Source: an uncultured bacterium
GTDB taxonomy: Bacteria > Pseudomonadota > Gammaproteobacteria > Burkholderiales > SG8-39
Direction of reading: 5' to 3'
NCBI GenBank assembly: GCA_965233165.1
Contig: CBDDRX010000009.1
Location: forward strand, 20,209-84,208
Length of the DNA: 64,000 nt
Shown here in pieces: positions 1 through 12,415 of the stretch; the first letter of the stretch is position 1, and each line of letters begins with the position of its first letter. A model generated the notes under the pieces. The model had not been told where the DNA came from. It saw nothing but the letters and a program-made list of their open reading frames with translations, and ran no database searches. The position numbers and the translations under genes are program-made.

Positions 1-1511
1 TCGTACTTGCCCGCGGACCAGGCGGCCTCGCCGAGATACGCCCTGACTTTGGGCAGTTCCTCGGCCAGGAGCTGGCGGAAGAGCTCCGGCGTGACTTTTT
101 TTCCGTTGTCGAGGACCCCCTTGGGCGAGCGGATCCACTGCCAGATCTGCGAGCGCGAGATTTCCGCCGTCGCCGCGTCTTCCATGAGGTTGAAGACCGG
201 GACGCAGCCATTGCCGGCGAGCCACGCCCCCAGGTACTGGATGCCGACCGAGATGTTGTTGCGCAGTCCGGCTTCGGTGATCGGCGCTTCGGGCTGGAAG
301 GCGAGCAGGTCCCGGGCGCTGACATTGACGTCAGGCCGTTGCCGGTCGTACTGGTTCGCCTGCGGCATGTGCTGGTCGAAGACCTGCTTCGCGATGCCGA
401 CCAGGCCGGGATGCGCGACCCATGTGCCGTCGCAGCCGTCGGTCACCTCGCGCAGCTTGTCCTGACGCACCTTCTCGAGCGCCGCCTCGTTCGCGGCCGG
501 GTCGTTCTTGATCGGGATCTGCGCCGCCATCCCGCCCATCGCGGGCGCGCCGCGCCGGTGGCAGGTCTTCACCAGCAGGAGCGCGTAGGCGCGCATGAAC
601 GGCGCGGTCATGGTGACCTGCGCGCGGTCGGCGAGGCAGAAATCCTTGTTGGCGCGGAACTTCTTGATGCAGGAGAAGATGTAGTCCCAGCGGCCGATGT
701 TGAGCCCGGCGGAGTGCTCGCGCAGCTCGTACAGGATCTCGTCCATCTCGAACGCCGCGAGCACCGTCTCGATCAATGCAGTCGCCTTGATCGAGCCCTT
801 CGGGATTCCCAATTCGCTCTGGGAAAAGAGGAAAACGTCGTTCCACAGCCGCGCTTCCAGGTGCGACTCCATCTTGGGCAGGTAGAAGTACGGGCCGGAC
901 CCGCGCGCCAGCAGCTCCTTCGCGCTGTGGAAGAAGAACAGGCCGAAGTCGAACAGGCTGCCGGAGACGGCCTCGCCGTCGACTTTCACGTGCTTCTCGT
1001 CGAGGTGCCAGCCGCGCGGACGCGGGATCAGCACGGCGGTGCGCTCGTTCAGCTTGTAGCGCTTGCCGTTCTGCTCGAAGCTGATCGTGCGGCGCGCCGC
1101 GTCGCGCAGGTTGATCTGCCCGTCGATCATGTTGAACCAGGTCGGGCAGTTCGCATCCTCGAAGTCCGCCATGAACGTGGCGGCGCCGCAGTTGAGCGCG
1201 TTGATGACCATCTTGCGGTCGGTCGGCCCGGTGATTTCCACGCGCCGGTCGAGCATGTCCTTCGGCTGCGCGGCGACGCGCCAGTCCTTCTCGCGGATCT
1301 CCTTCGTCTCGGGGAGGAAGTCGGGCAGCTTGCCGGCGTCGAACTCCGCCTGCCGGGCGGCGCGCGCCGCGAGGAGCGCCTTGCGCCGCTGGCCGAAGCG
1401 CCGGTGCAGCTCGGCGACGAAATCGAGCGCCTGCGGCGTCAGGATCTCGGCGAACTGCGGGGGGCAATCGGCGAGGACTTGGACGTTGCTGGAGGCGGTG
1501 GCGACGGTCAT
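1..1511 (-). CDS. aceB: Malate synthase A; N-terminal ~503 codons, with the C-terminus running off the left edge of the window
   Basis: Not in the ORF track because there is no stop inside the window. My own minus-strand translation from ATG (1511..1509) gives [43 protein letters not shown]...[23 protein letters not shown]...[20 protein letters not shown]...GRWDYIFS...MGGMAAQIP, which are malate synthase A signature blocks. Track ORFs 331..1581(-) and 339..1529(+) are other frames of the same DNA. Confidence 0.85.
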   Translation of the reverse strand, partial: MTVATASSNVQVLADCPPQFAEILTPQALDFVAELHRRFGQRRKALLAARAARQAEFDAGKLPDFLPETKEIREKDWRVAAQPKDMLDRRVEITGPTDRKMVINALNCGAATFMADFEDANCPTWFNMIDGQINLRDAARRTISFEQNGKRYKLNERTAVLIPRPRGWHLDEKHVKVDGEAVSGSLFDFGLFFFHSAKELLARGSGPYFYLPKMESHLEARLWNDVFLFSQSELGIPKGSIKATALIETVLAAFEMDEILYELREHSAGLNIGRWDYIFSCIKKFRANKDFCLADRAQVTMTAPFMRAYALLLVKTCHRRGAPAMGGMAAQIPIKNDPAANEAALEKVRQDKLREVTDGCDGTWVAHPGLVGIAKQVFDQHMPQANQYDRQRPDVNVSARDLLAFQPEAPITEAGLRNNISVGIQYLGAWLAGNGCVPVFNLMEDAATAEISRSQIWQWIRSPKGVLDNGKKVTPELFRQLLAEELPKVRAYLGEAAWSAGKY

Positions 1512-1654
1512 TGGGCGAGTCCTGAATGAGTCGCCCGATTCTAGGATGCACCGTTCTGCGTCGCAATATGTGCGGGCGCAAAAATATGAGCCGATAGAGG
1601 TACTTGCGGTACCCCCATTGCGCATTGTGAAAATTACCCTGTGAAAAGCCGGCG

Positions 1655-3064
1655 CTAGTTCTCGTCCTCGGCCCTCGGGGCGTCGCCCTCGATGCCCAAC
1701 TCCTGGATTTTCCTCGTGATGGTGTTGCGCCCCATCCCGAGCAGGCCCGCCGCCTCGATGCGCCGGCCGCCGGTCTTGCGCAGCGCCTGCGAGATCAGCG
1801 TGCGCTCGAACTGCTTGCCCAGCTCGTCGAGGATGCCGACTTCGCCGCGGCCGAGCCGGCGGTCGGCTTCGAGCTGCAGCGCGCTCACCCAGTCGGAGGC
1901 CGTCGCCGCGCCCTGCTCGCGGAACTCCGCCGGCAGATCCCCGGTATCGACGACCTGGCCCGGCGCCATGACCGTCAGCCAGTGGCAGAGGTTCTCGAGC
2001 TGCCGCACGTTGCCAGGAAACTCCAGGCGCGATAGGTACTGGAGCGCATCGTCGGAAAGCCGCTTCGGCTCGACGCCCAGTTGCTTCGCGCTCGAGGCGA
2101 GGAAATGCCGCGTGAGCAGCGGAACGTCCTCCGAACGCTCGCGCAGGCTCGGCAAGCGTAGGCGGATCACGTTCAGCCGGTGGTAGAGGTCCTCGCGGAA
2201 GGCACCCTCGCGCACGCGCTGGTCCAAGTCCTGGTGCGTGGCGGCGATGACGCGCACGTTCGCCTTGATCTGCTGGTGGCCGCCGACCCGATAGAACGTC
2301 CCGTCGGAGAGCACGCGCAGGAGCCGGGTCTGCAGCTCCGCGGGCATGTCCCCGATCTCGTCCAGGAACAGCGTCCCGCCCTCGGCCTGCTCGAAGCGTC
2401 CGCGCCGCTGCTGCTGCGCGCCGGTGAAGGAGCCGCGCTCGTGGCCGAAGAGCTCCGATTCGAGCAGATCCTTCGGCATCGCCGCGGTGTTGATGGCGAC
2501 GAAGGGCTTCGCCACGCGCGCACTATGACGGTGCAGGGCGCGCGCGACAAGCTCCTTTCCGGTTCCCGACTCGCCGGTGATGAGAACGGTCGCGCTCGAC
2601 TGCGAAAGCCTGCCGATGGCGCGGAAAACCTCCTGCATCGCCGGCGCCTGGCCGAGGATCTCGGTGGCGCCGCTGGCCGGCTCGACCGCCTCGGCTTCGC
2701 GGCGCCGCTCGTCCAGCGCCCGGCGGATCAGCTCTACCGCCTGGTCGACGTCGAAGGGCTTGGGCAGGTACTCGTAGGCCCCGCCCTGGAACGCGGCGAC
2801 CGCCGAATCGAGGTCCGAGTACGCCGTCATCACGATGACCGGCACCGCGGGGTGGCGGGTCTTCACCGCATTGAGCAGCTCCAGCCCCGAGAGCCCCGGC
2901 ATGCGGATGTCGGAGACCAGCACCTCCGGCGGGCCGCCCGAGAGCGCGTCCATGGCTTCCTGCGCGGTGGAAAAGGAATTGAATGCGATGCCCTCTCGGC
3001 TGAGGGCCTTCTCGATCACCCAGCGAATGGAGCGATCATCGTCGACGATCCAGACCGGTTTCAT
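1655..3064 (-). CDS. glnG: Nitrogen regulation response regulator NtrC (sigma54-dependent activator)
   Basis: 469 aa. Receiver domain [24 protein letters not shown]+ sigma54-activator core ([30 protein letters not shown]) and a C-terminal HTH. ATGA overlap with the ntrB stop (3061..3064). Lies downstream of glnA. Confidence 0.92.
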   Translation of the reverse strand: MKPVWIVDDDRSIRWVIEKALSREGIAFNSFSTAQEAMDALSGGPPEVLVSDIRMPGLSGLELLNAVKTRHPAVPVIVMTAYSDLDSAVAAFQGGAYEYLPKPFDVDQAVELIRRALDERRREAEAVEPASGATEILGQAPAMQEVFRAIGRLSQSSATVLITGESGTGKELVARALHRHSARVAKPFVAINTAAMPKDLLESELFGHERGSFTGAQQQRRGRFEQAEGGTLFLDEIGDMPAELQTRLLRVLSDGTFYRVGGHQQIKANVRVIAATHQDLDQRVREGAFREDLYHRLNVIRLRLPSLRERSEDVPLLTRHFLASSAKQLGVEPKRLSDDALQYLSRLEFPGNVRQLENLCHWLTVMAPGQVVDTGDLPAEFREQGAATASDWVSALQLEADRRLGRGEVGILDELGKQFERTLISQALRKTGGRRIEAAGLLGMGRNTITRKIQELGIEGDAPRAEDEN

Positions 3065-4098
3065 GTCAGCGGCAGGAGGATCCTGAATGTTGTGCGGCCC
3101 GGCCGGGATTCGAACTCGACGACGCCCCGGTGGTACTGGACGAACGTCTGTGCGAGCGAGAGTCCCAGGCCGCTTCCGCCTTCCCTCCCGGACACGAGCG
3201 GATCGAAGATCCGATCCTGGATCTCCTCCGGTATGCCGGGCCCATCGTCGACTACCTGCAATTCTAGTGCCAGCCTGTGGCGGTGCCGGAGAATGGTGAT
3301 CTGGCGCACCGCCCGCGTGCTGAACATGATGTGCCGCGCCTTCGCCTGGACGGCGTTGCGCGCGATGTTGAGGACGGCCTGGATGAGCTGCTCCCGGTCG
3401 CCGATCAGCTCGGGAATGCTCGGGTCGTAGTCGCGGCGGATCTCGAGGCCGAATTCGGCGCGGACCAGGCTGCGCACGCGCTCCAGCACCTCGTGGATGC
3501 CGACCGGCTCGATCTTCGGCGCGCGGTGCGGCGTGAGCATGCGGTCCATGAGGCTTTGCAGGCGGTCCGCTTCCTTGATGATCACCTGCGTGTACTCCCG
3601 GAGCTCCGGGCGATCGAGCTCGCGCTCGAGGAGCTGCGCCGAGCCGCGCAGGCCCCCCAGCGGGTTCTTGATCTCATGAGCGAGGTTGCGGATCAGCTCC
3701 CGCTGCGACTGCTGGCCCTGGACGAGGCGCTCCTCGCGCGCCTGGCGGATCTGCTGGTCGATCGGCCGCAGCTCGGCGAGCAGGATCGTCCCGAGAAAGG
3801 CGGGACCGGCGGCGTCGATCCGCGTCACCACGCAGGAGAGCGGCAGCGGCTCGCGGCCGGGCCGCGCGTAGGTCACGTTCTGCGCCGAGTAGTCCCAGTG
3901 GGTGGCGCGCGCCTCGTCGAGCGAGCGCTCCAGCTCCGCGCGCTCGGCGAAAAGCGCGAGGAAGGGCTGGCCGATCAGCGACTTCGCGCCGGTGGCGAAG
4001 AGGTTCTCGGCGGCGGGATTCGCATAGCGGACGACCAGGGCGTCGTCCAGCGCCACCACCGCGGTGGCGAGGAGCTCGAGACCGGAAAAGGCCGACAC
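3061..4098 (-). CDS. glnL: Nitrogen regulation sensor histidine kinase NtrB
   Basis: 345 aa. H-box LAHEIKNPLGG and ATPase boxes (NIARNAVQA, DDGPGIP, GGSGLGLS). Position between glnA and ntrC. Confidence 0.9.
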   Translation of the reverse strand: MSAFSGLELLATAVVALDDALVVRYANPAAENLFATGAKSLIGQPFLALFAERAELERSLDEARATHWDYSAQNVTYARPGREPLPLSCVVTRIDAAGPAFLGTILLAELRPIDQQIRQAREERLVQGQQSQRELIRNLAHEIKNPLGGLRGSAQLLERELDRPELREYTQVIIKEADRLQSLMDRMLTPHRAPKIEPVGIHEVLERVRSLVRAEFGLEIRRDYDPSIPELIGDREQLIQAVLNIARNAVQAKARHIMFSTRAVRQITILRHRHRLALELQVVDDGPGIPEEIQDRIFDPLVSGREGGSGLGLSLAQTFVQYHRGVVEFESRPGRTTFRILLPLT

Positions 4099-4099
4099 C

Positions 4100-4621
4100 T
4101 TAGCGGTTCAGGTTCGCGAGCTCGCGCCTGAGCGCCTCGATGTTCTTGGTGTGCAGCTCGACGTTGTCCTTGAACGGCTGCAGGCGTTCCTGCACGCGCG
4201 CGTAGTTCTTCTCGTCCCCCATGCGGATCGATTCCTGCTCGGCGAGCGCCTGCTGCGCCTTGGTCAGCAGCTGCTGCTCGGTGGCGAGCTCCTTCTCGAG
4301 GATCTCGCGCCGCGCCGTCGCCCGGCTGCTGCGCTCGGCGGCCGATTCGCGCGGGAAGCTCGACGGCGACTTCGGATTGGCCTTCTGCGCCGGCACGACG
4401 TTGATCTCGCGCGAGACCAGCTCGCACTTGCGGCCTGCGGTTTCCTTCTTGTCGCTCGTGTACAGCGGCCGGCCGCTCGCGTCGATGCACTTGTAGATCT
4501 CGGTGACCTGGGCGATCGCCGGCGTGGCGAGGAATCCGCCGAAAGCCACAAGAATCAAGGCCCTAACCGCACTCATGGCCCGGAGTCTAGCCGAAAAAAA
4601 AGGGACAGGCTTAGGGCCCAT
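4100..4621 (-). CDS. DUF4124-like secreted protein with a coiled-coil tail, embedded in the glnA-ntrBC operon
   Basis: 173 aa. N-terminal signal-like segment (ALILVAFGGFLATPAIAQV) followed by IYKCIDASGRPLYTSDKK, which resembles the DUF4124 motif. The C-terminus is rich in E/Q/L/A. Its stop lies 1 nt before the ntrB start. Confidence 0.55.
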   Translation of the reverse strand: MGPKPVPFFSARLRAMSAVRALILVAFGGFLATPAIAQVTEIYKCIDASGRPLYTSDKKETAGRKCELVSREINVVPAQKANPKSPSSFPRESAAERSSRATARREILEKELATEQQLLTKAQQALAEQESIRMGDEKNYARVQERLQPFKDNVELHTKNIEALRRELANLNR

Positions 4622-4650
4622 CCCTTCTTAACGTTCGAGATTCAGGTCGG

Positions 4651-6066
4651 TTACGAAGCGTAGTACATGTCGAACTCGACCGGATGGGTGGTCATCCGGA
4701 AGCGCGTCAGCTCGTCGTTCTTGAGCGCGATGTACGAGTCGAGGAAGTCCTTGTCGAACACGCCGCCCTTCATCAGGAAGGCATGGTCGTCCTCGAGGCT
4801 CTTCAGCGCTTCCTCGAGCGACGCGCAGACGTGCGGGACCTTCGCGGCCTCTTCCGGCGGCAGGTGGTAGAGGTCCTTGTCGATCGGATCGCCCGGGTGG
4901 ATCTTGTTCTGCACCCCGTCCAGGCCGGCCATGAGCAGCGCGGAGAACGCGAGGTACGAGTTGGCCGTCGGATCCGGGAAGCGCACTTCGACGCGCCGGC
5001 CCTTCGGGTTCGACACGTACGGAATCCGGCACGAGGCCGAGCGGTTGCGCGCCGAGTACGCGAGGTTGATCGGCGCCTCGAAGCCCGGAACCAGCCGCTT
5101 GTACGAGTTCGTGCCCGGATTGGTGATCGCGTTCAGCGCCTTGGCGTGCTTCAGGATGCCGCCGATGTAGTACAGCGCGAAATCCGACAGGCCGGCGTAG
5201 CCGTTGCCCGCGAAGAGGTTGTTCGAGCCCTTCCACACCGACTGGTGCACGTGCATGCCCGAGCCGTTGTCGCCGACGATCGGCTTCGGCATGAAGGTCG
5301 CCGTCTTGCCGTACGAGGCGGCGGTGTTCCAGACCGTGTACTTCAGGATCTGCATCCAGTCGGCGCGCTGCACGAGCGGCGCGAAGCGCGTGCCGATCTC
5401 GCACTGGCCGGCGGAGGCGACCTCGTGGTGGTGCACTTCCACCTCGACGCCCTGCTGCTCGAGCGCGAGGACCATCGCGTTGCGGATGTCGCCGAGCGTG
5501 TCGATCGGCGGGACCGGGAAGTAGCCGCCCTTCACGGGGGCGCGGTGCGCCATGTTGCCCGACTCGTAGTCGATGCCGGTGGACCAGGGCGCTTCCTCGG
5601 ACTTGATCTTCACGAAGCAGCCCGACATGTCGACGCTCCAGGTGACGCCGTCGAAGATGAAGAACTCGGGCTCCGGGCCGAAATAGGCGACGTCGCCGAT
5701 GCCGGTCTGCTTGAGGTAGGCCTCGGCGCGCTTGGCGATGCCGCGCGGGCAGCGGTTGTACGGCTTGCCGTCGCTCGGCTCGTACACGTCGCAGTTGATG
5801 TTCAGCACCGGCTCGTCGGTGAACGGATCGAGGCGCGCGGTGGTGGCGTCCGGCATGAGCAGCATGTCGGAGGCCTGGATGCCCTTCCAGCCGGAGATGG
5901 ACGAGCCGTCGAAGGCGTGCCCTTCCTCGAACTTCTCCTTGTTGAAGTGCCGTACCGGCACGGTCACGTGCTGTTCCTTGCCGCGCGTGTCGGTGAAGCG
6001 GAAGTCCACGAACTTGACTTCCTTGTCCTTGACGAGCTTCAGCACGTCATCGGGCGTCGTCGCCAT
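4651..6066 (-). CDS. glnA: Glutamine synthetase type I
   Basis: 471 aa. [33 protein letters not shown]..., GSI blocks and the adenylylation-site region [10 protein letters not shown]. Confidence 0.96.
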   Translation of the reverse strand: MATTPDDVLKLVKDKEVKFVDFRFTDTRGKEQHVTVPVRHFNKEKFEEGHAFDGSSISGWKGIQASDMLLMPDATTARLDPFTDEPVLNINCDVYEPSDGKPYNRCPRGIAKRAEAYLKQTGIGDVAYFGPEPEFFIFDGVTWSVDMSGCFVKIKSEEAPWSTGIDYESGNMAHRAPVKGGYFPVPPIDTLGDIRNAMVLALEQQGVEVEVHHHEVASAGQCEIGTRFAPLVQRADWMQILKYTVWNTAASYGKTATFMPKPIVGDNGSGMHVHQSVWKGSNNLFAGNGYAGLSDFALYYIGGILKHAKALNAITNPGTNSYKRLVPGFEAPINLAYSARNRSASCRIPYVSNPKGRRVEVRFPDPTANSYLAFSALLMAGLDGVQNKIHPGDPIDKDLYHLPPEEAAKVPHVCASLEEALKSLEDDHAFLMKGGVFDKDFLDSYIALKNDELTRFRMTTHPVEFDMYYAS

Positions 6067-6117
6067 CGAAATCTCTCCTGAGGATGATGTTGGTGTAGGT
6101 GTAGGCTAAAACGCGAC

Positions 6118-6133
6118 AGCAGATTCCATGCCA
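6118..6133 (-). promoter_or_regulatory. sigma54 (-24/-12) promoter of glnA (glnAp2-type)
   Basis: The minus strand reads TGGCATGGAATCTGCT. GG and GC have exactly the consensus spacing of TGGCAC-N5-TTGCW. It lies 52 nt upstream of the glnA ATG (6066). Confidence 0.65.
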
Positions 6134-6185
6134 AAGCCGCGAGGGTGCACGCTCCGAAAGAGGGCGAAATTCTACCCAAGCCTCG

Positions 6186-6202
6186 CGCACCAGGCAGGTG
6201 CA
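6186..6202. promoter_or_regulatory. Putative NtrC enhancer site 1
   Basis: CGCACCAGGCAGGTGCA matches the NtrC dyad TGCACCA-N3-TGGTGCA at 12 of 14 specified positions. It lies about 55-85 bp upstream of the sigma54 promoter. Confidence 0.5.
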
Positions 6203-6216
6203 ATTTGAGCCTCCGG

Positions 6217-6233
6217 CGCACGGTCCCGGTGCA
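6217..6233. promoter_or_regulatory. Putative NtrC enhancer site 2 (weaker)
   Basis: CGCACGGTCCCGGTGCA matches 10 of 14 dyad positions. Its centre is 31 bp (about 3 helical turns) from site 1. Confidence 0.4.
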
Positions 6234-6258
6234 ACAGCCCCTTCCTATAATCGCACTC

Positions 6259-6705
6259 ATGAACGATCCCGAATCGATCAAGAAGGCGGCCGCGGCCCGG
6301 GGACACGCAAAAGGACTTTCCTACGCCGGGGCGGTCACCCCGGCCGAGGCACACGAGCTGATGAAGGCCGGCGCGAAGCTCGTCGACGTACGGACCAAGC
6401 CCGAGCTGCAGTACGTCGGCAAGGTCCCGGGCAGCCTCGCCGTGGAATGGCAGACCTGGCCCGGCGGCCGGCCCAACCCGGAATTCCTCGGCGAGCTCGC
6501 GGCCTCGGTCCCGAAGGACGAGACCGTGCTGTTCCTTTGCCGCTCCGGCGTGCGCTCCCATGCCGCCGCCGAGGCGGCGACGCGCGAAGGCTGGAAGCAC
6601 GCCTACAACGTCCTCGAAGGATTCGAAGGCGACAAGGACCCCGAAGGGCACCGCAACACCGTCGGCGGCTGGCGCAAGGCCGGCTTGCCGTGGACGCAGT
6701 CCTAG
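6259..6705 (+). CDS. Single-domain rhodanese (sulfurtransferase)
   Basis: Frame of ORF 6145..6705. The start is moved to ATG 6259 (MNDPESIKK...). Active-site loop CRSGVRS. The upstream 38 codons overlap the glnA enhancer region. Confidence 0.75.
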   Translation: MNDPESIKKAAAARGHAKGLSYAGAVTPAEAHELMKAGAKLVDVRTKPELQYVGKVPGSLAVEWQTWPGGRPNPEFLGELAASVPKDETVLFLCRSGVRSHAAAEAATREGWKHAYNVLEGFEGDKDPEGHRNTVGGWRKAGLPWTQS

Positions 6706-8099
6706 AGCCCCGTCGCCGCGGCGACCAGCTTGCCCAGCTCCCGCTCCAGCTTCTTCCGGACCGGCTGGTAGCTGCGTGAACGCAGGACGTTCCTGATCTC
6801 GTAGGGATCGCGGTCCAGGTCGTAGAGCTCGTCGAGCTCTCCGGCGGCGCCGCGGTTCACCCAGTGGATGAGCTTGTGGCGCTCGGTGCGCACCGCCTTG
6901 TAGGTCATCCCCACGAGCCAGGGCATCGCGTTCTCCGCCCAGTACTCGATGAGGAACGACTTGCGCCAGCCTTTCCTTTTTCCATTCAAAAGAGAAAGAA
7001 AAGAACGGCCTTGAACGTGCGCCCCCGGCTTGCCGCCGGCGAGCTCGATCAGCGTCGGCGCGATGTCCTGGCAGATCACGAGATCCCGGATCCGCGCGCC
7101 GGCCTTGGCGCGGCGCGGGTAGCGCACCACGAAAGGCGAGCGGATCCCCTCCTCGTAGGCGAAGCGCCGCTCGGGCCCCAGGCCGTGCTCGCCGAAGAAA
7201 AACCCGTTGTCGCCGAGGAAGACGATGAAGGTGTCGTCGAGCACGCCGTGCTTCTCGAGCCGCTCCAGGATCATGCCAACGCCTTCATCCACGGACGCCA
7301 TCATCGCCGCCCGCCTGCGGATCTCCTCCTGCTCGCCGGACTGGAGCGCCTTGAGGATCGCCTGCGAGCGCTCCGACTGCTTCATGCGGAACGCGTCAGC
7401 CCAGACCGGCTTCTGCTTCAGCACTTCCGCGGGCGGCAGCACGTTCGGCCGCATCGGGAAGTGCTCGCCCTTGTAGAGATCCTCGTGTCGCGGCGGCAGG
7501 ACGTAACCGCCGTTGGCCGAGATCGTGAGCGTGCCATCCGCCGCCTGCTCGGCGTCGGGATGCACGGCCTTGTGGGCGAGGAAGAGCGAGAAGGGCTTGT
7601 CGCGGCGCTTGCGGGCGTGCTCGTCGAGGAAGTCGACGGCGAGGCCGTTCATGATGTCGGTGATGTAGCCCTGGTGCTGGACGTACTTGCCGTCGTGGTT
7701 GAGCTTCGGGTCGGCGAGCCGCCCGTGGCCGTCGTAGCTCACCCAGTCGTCGTAGCCCGGCCTCGGCATCCCGTCGTTGCCCATGTGCCACTTGCCGATG
7801 TGCGCGGTGCGGTAGCCGCGCTCGCGCAGCGCGAGGTGGTAGTTGGGCAGGCGGTGGCTCATGCCGTCGCGCGCCACGTTGTCGATGACGCCGTGGCGGC
7901 TCGCGTACTGCCCGGTGAGGATCGAGGCGCGGTTCGGCGAGCAGATCGGCGTCGTATGGAAGGCGCGCTCGAACAGCGCGCCCTCGCGGGCGAGCCGGTC
8001 GATGTGCGGCGTCTTCATGTACGGATGGCCGCCGGCGCCGAACTCGTCGAAGCGCAGGTCGTCGATCAGGACGACCAGGAAGTTCGGCTTGCTCGGCAT
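6702..8099 (-). CDS. Sulfatase (arylsulfatase family, formylglycine-dependent)
   Basis: 465 aa. NFLVVLIDDLRFDE, the C-x-P-x-R motif (PICSPNRASILTGQ) and GKWHMG. Confidence 0.85.
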   Translation of the reverse strand: MPSKPNFLVVLIDDLRFDEFGAGGHPYMKTPHIDRLAREGALFERAFHTTPICSPNRASILTGQYASRHGVIDNVARDGMSHRLPNYHLALRERGYRTAHIGKWHMGNDGMPRPGYDDWVSYDGHGRLADPKLNHDGKYVQHQGYITDIMNGLAVDFLDEHARKRRDKPFSLFLAHKAVHPDAEQAADGTLTISANGGYVLPPRHEDLYKGEHFPMRPNVLPPAEVLKQKPVWADAFRMKQSERSQAILKALQSGEQEEIRRRAAMMASVDEGVGMILERLEKHGVLDDTFIVFLGDNGFFFGEHGLGPERRFAYEEGIRSPFVVRYPRRAKAGARIRDLVICQDIAPTLIELAGGKPGAHVQGRSFLSLLNGKRKGWRKSFLIEYWAENAMPWLVGMTYKAVRTERHKLIHWVNRGAAGELDELYDLDRDPYEIRNVLRSRSYQPVRKKLERELGKLVAAATGL

Positions 8100-8124
8100 G
8101 TCGTCCCCCTTGTGTTCCGGGAGC

Positions 8125-8919
8125 CTACGCCTTCCAGTCTACCCAGCCGAGCCCGGCCGTCGCCAGGATCACTATGCCGAACGCGATGCGGTACCAGGCG
8201 AACGGCTTGAAGTCGTGGGTGGCGACGTAGCGGATGAGCCAGCGGATGACGATGAACGCGGAGACGAACGCGGAGACCAGGCCGACTGCGAACATGCCGA
8301 CGTCGTCGACGGAGAAGAGGTGGCGGCTCTTCCACGTGTCGTACGCGCCCGCGGCCATGAGCGTGGGCACGCCGAGGAAGAAGGAGAACTCCGTCGCGGC
8401 CCTGCGCGAAAGCCCGAACAGCATGCCGCCGATGATCGTCGCGCCGGAGCGCGAGGTGCCGGGGATGAGCGCGAAGCACTGCGCGAGCCCGACCTTCAGC
8501 GCGTCCTGCCAGGTCATGGCGCGCGTGCTTTCGACCCGGGGTTGCAGGGTCTTTCTTTCGACCAGCAGGATGATCACGCCCCCCACGATGAAAGCGAGTG
8601 CCACCGGCACGGCGTGAAAGAGGTACGCCTTGATGTACGGGGAGAACAGGAAGCCGAGCGCCGCTGCCGGAATGAAGGCGACGATGAGGTTGCGGTACAG
8701 GTCGACGTCCACCTTGAAGAAGCGCGCGCGGTACTCCCAGATGACGGCGAGCATCGCCCCCGTCTGGATCGCCAGGTTGAACACCTTGCCGCGCTCGTCG
8801 TTGAAATCGAGCAGTTCGGCCGCGAGGATGAGGTGGCCGGTGCTCGAGATCGGCAGGAACTCGGTGACGCCCTCGACGATGCCGAGGACGAGGGCCTTCA
8901 GGAGAATGGCGAAATCCAA
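8125..8919 (-). CDS. uppP: Undecaprenyl-diphosphate phosphatase
   Basis: 264 aa polytopic membrane protein with the UppP/BacA signatures [18 protein letters not shown] and [10 protein letters not shown]. Confidence 0.9.
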   Translation of the reverse strand: MDFAILLKALVLGIVEGVTEFLPISSTGHLILAAELLDFNDERGKVFNLAIQTGAMLAVIWEYRARFFKVDVDLYRNLIVAFIPAAALGFLFSPYIKAYLFHAVPVALAFIVGGVIILLVERKTLQPRVESTRAMTWQDALKVGLAQCFALIPGTSRSGATIIGGMLFGLSRRAATEFSFFLGVPTLMAAGAYDTWKSRHLFSVDDVGMFAVGLVSAFVSAFIVIRWLIRYVATHDFKPFAWYRIAFGIVILATAGLGWVDWKA

Positions 8920-8924
8920 GGGCG

Positions 8925-9692
8925 CTATTGTTTTAGGAAGGCGTGGATGCCCGGCCAGAAGGCCGGCATGCCGTCCGTACTATTGTGCCCTGCTCCTTCG
9001 AGCTCGATCCACCGCTTCGGCCCGCGCCAGGCGTCGAAAAGGCGCTTCGCATGCGCCGGAGGGATTATCTCGTCGCGCGCGGCGGCAATGCAGAGCAGCG
9101 GCGCCTCGATCCGCGGCGCCGCCGCCGCGGGCTCGAAGCGATGGCGCAGCATCCAGTCGACCGGCAGCCATGGGTAGTGATTCTTCGCCACGGCGGACAG
9201 GCTGTCGAACGGCGTGACGAGGATCACCTTCGCCACCTTGCGCTCGGCGGCGACGTGCACGGCGGCGCCGCTGCCGAGGCTGCGGCCGAAGACGACGATC
9301 TCCTTCGCCTGGAGCGCGCCCACCGCGTGGTCGTACCAGCGCAGCGCGTCGGCGGAGATGTTCTGCGCCGACGGCGCGCCCTCGCTGCCGCCGTAGCCGC
9401 GGTAGTTGACGAGCAGCCATCCCGCGCCCGGCGTTCGCGTGCGCGCCTCGCGCAGCATCCAGGAGACTTCCTCCGCGTTGCCGCCGAAATAGAGGATGAG
9501 CGGCTCGCCCGGGATGTGCCAGGCCTGGAGCCGGGCGCCCTCCGCGTCGAGCAGGATCTCCTTTTCCCCGACCCTGGCGCGCTGCGCCTCGGTCAGCGGC
9601 TGCGGGAAGAACAGCAGCCGGTCCTGCGCCAGGAACATGAGAAGGGGAACGCCGACCACGACCATCGCCACGATCGCGAGCACGGACGTCAC
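8925..9692 (-). CDS. Alpha/beta hydrolase with an N-terminal membrane anchor
   Basis: 255 aa. Nucleophile elbow GRSLGSG, a hydrophobic N-terminus ([18 protein letters not shown]) and a C-terminal GAGHN. Confidence 0.7.
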   Translation of the reverse strand: MTSVLAIVAMVVVGVPLLMFLAQDRLLFFPQPLTEAQRARVGEKEILLDAEGARLQAWHIPGEPLILYFGGNAEEVSWMLREARTRTPGAGWLLVNYRGYGGSEGAPSAQNISADALRWYDHAVGALQAKEIVVFGRSLGSGAAVHVAAERKVAKVILVTPFDSLSAVAKNHYPWLPVDWMLRHRFEPAAAAPRIEAPLLCIAAARDEIIPPAHAKRLFDAWRGPKRWIELEGAGHNSTDGMPAFWPGIHAFLKQ

Positions 9693-9702
9693 GGCTTCTC
9701 CC

Positions 9703-11680
<1,978 letters not shown>

Positions 11681-11687
11681 GGGCTCC

Positions 11688-11695
11688 ATTATAAT
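11688..11695. promoter_or_regulatory. Palindromic AT-only octamer ATTATAAT; a candidate shared -10 box for divergent thiC and the Pcm-like gene
   Basis: It reads TATAAT on both strands (11690..11695 plus; 11693..11688 minus). It sits just upstream of the riboswitch 5' end on the minus strand and 11 nt before ATG 11706 on the plus strand. It is the only AT-pure stretch in this GC-rich intergenic region. Confidence 0.35.
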
Positions 11696-11705
11696 CCGCA
11701 TCCTC

Positions 11706-12395
11706 ATGATTTCCGCCGCGAATTCCACCGGGCTGTCCAACGACTTCGTCGAGCAGGCGCGGCACAACATGGTCGAGCAGCAGATCCGCACCTGGGAAGT
11801 GCTCGACCAGGACGTGCTCGACCTGCTCTACCTCGTGCCGCGCGAGTCGTTCGTGCCGGAGGCGCACCGCGCGCTCGCGTTCTCGGACCTCGAGATCCCC
11901 ATCGGCGAAGGGGAGAAGATGTGGCAGCCGAAGCTCGAGGCGCGCGTGCTGCAGGATCTCGGCGTGCGCAGGGGCGACCGCGTGCTGGAAGTCGGAACCG
12001 GCAGCGGCTACCTCACCGCCCTGCTCGCGAGCCGCGCCGGCCACGTCCACAGCGTCGAGATCAACCCGAAGCTCGCCGGACTCGGGCGCCAGAACCTGTC
12101 GCGCCACGGCGTCGATAACGTCACCCTGGAGATCGGCGATGCGTCGCACGGCTGGCCGAGCCAGGCGCCCTACGACGTAGTCGTCCTCACCGGCTCGACG
12201 CCCCTGCTGCCGCGGGTGCTGTGCGAGCAGCTGGCGACCGGCGGCCGCCTCTTCGCCGTGGTCGGCGAGGCGCCGGCGATGACCGCGAAGCTCGTCACCT
12301 GCACCGCCCCCGGCGCGTACGGGACGGCGGAGCTGTTCGAAACGGTCCTCAAGCCGCTCGCCCATGCCGAGCACCCGTCGCGGTTCCGCTTCTAA
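11706..12395 (+). CDS. Protein-L-isoaspartate O-methyltransferase family protein (Pcm-like)
   Basis: 229 aa with a SAM motif VLEVGTGSGYLTALLA. Pcm-like genes are, as I recall, commonly found next to rhodanese and tolC. Confidence 0.75.
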   Translation: MISAANSTGLSNDFVEQARHNMVEQQIRTWEVLDQDVLDLLYLVPRESFVPEAHRALAFSDLEIPIGEGEKMWQPKLEARVLQDLGVRRGDRVLEVGTGSGYLTALLASRAGHVHSVEINPKLAGLGRQNLSRHGVDNVTLEIGDASHGWPSQAPYDVVVLTGSTPLLPRVLCEQLATGGRLFAVVGEAPAMTAKLVTCTAPGAYGTAELFETVLKPLAHAEHPSRFRF

Positions 12396-12415
12396 GTGAA
12401 GCAAGTCGCCCGGGC

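Noticed and set aside
1513-1536. Inverted repeat GGGCGA-N12-TCGCCC immediately upstream of the aceB start, with AGGA in the loop
   Set aside because: It is only a 6-bp stem with a 12-nt loop. It could be a chance GC-rich palindrome, and there is no supporting conservation data. It is not reported as a regulatory feature.
331-1581. Track ORFs 331..1581(-) and 339..1529(+) as candidate genes
   Set aside because: Both give Arg/Pro/Ala-rich nonsense. A third frame on the minus strand, open to the window edge and therefore absent from the track, encodes an unmistakable malate synthase A.
1597-1616. Possible terminator hairpin after ntrC (GAGGTAC-TTGCG-GTACCCC)
   Set aside because: It has a 7-bp stem including a G-U pair and is not followed directly by a U-tract on the minus-strand RNA. 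That is too weak to call an intrinsic terminator.
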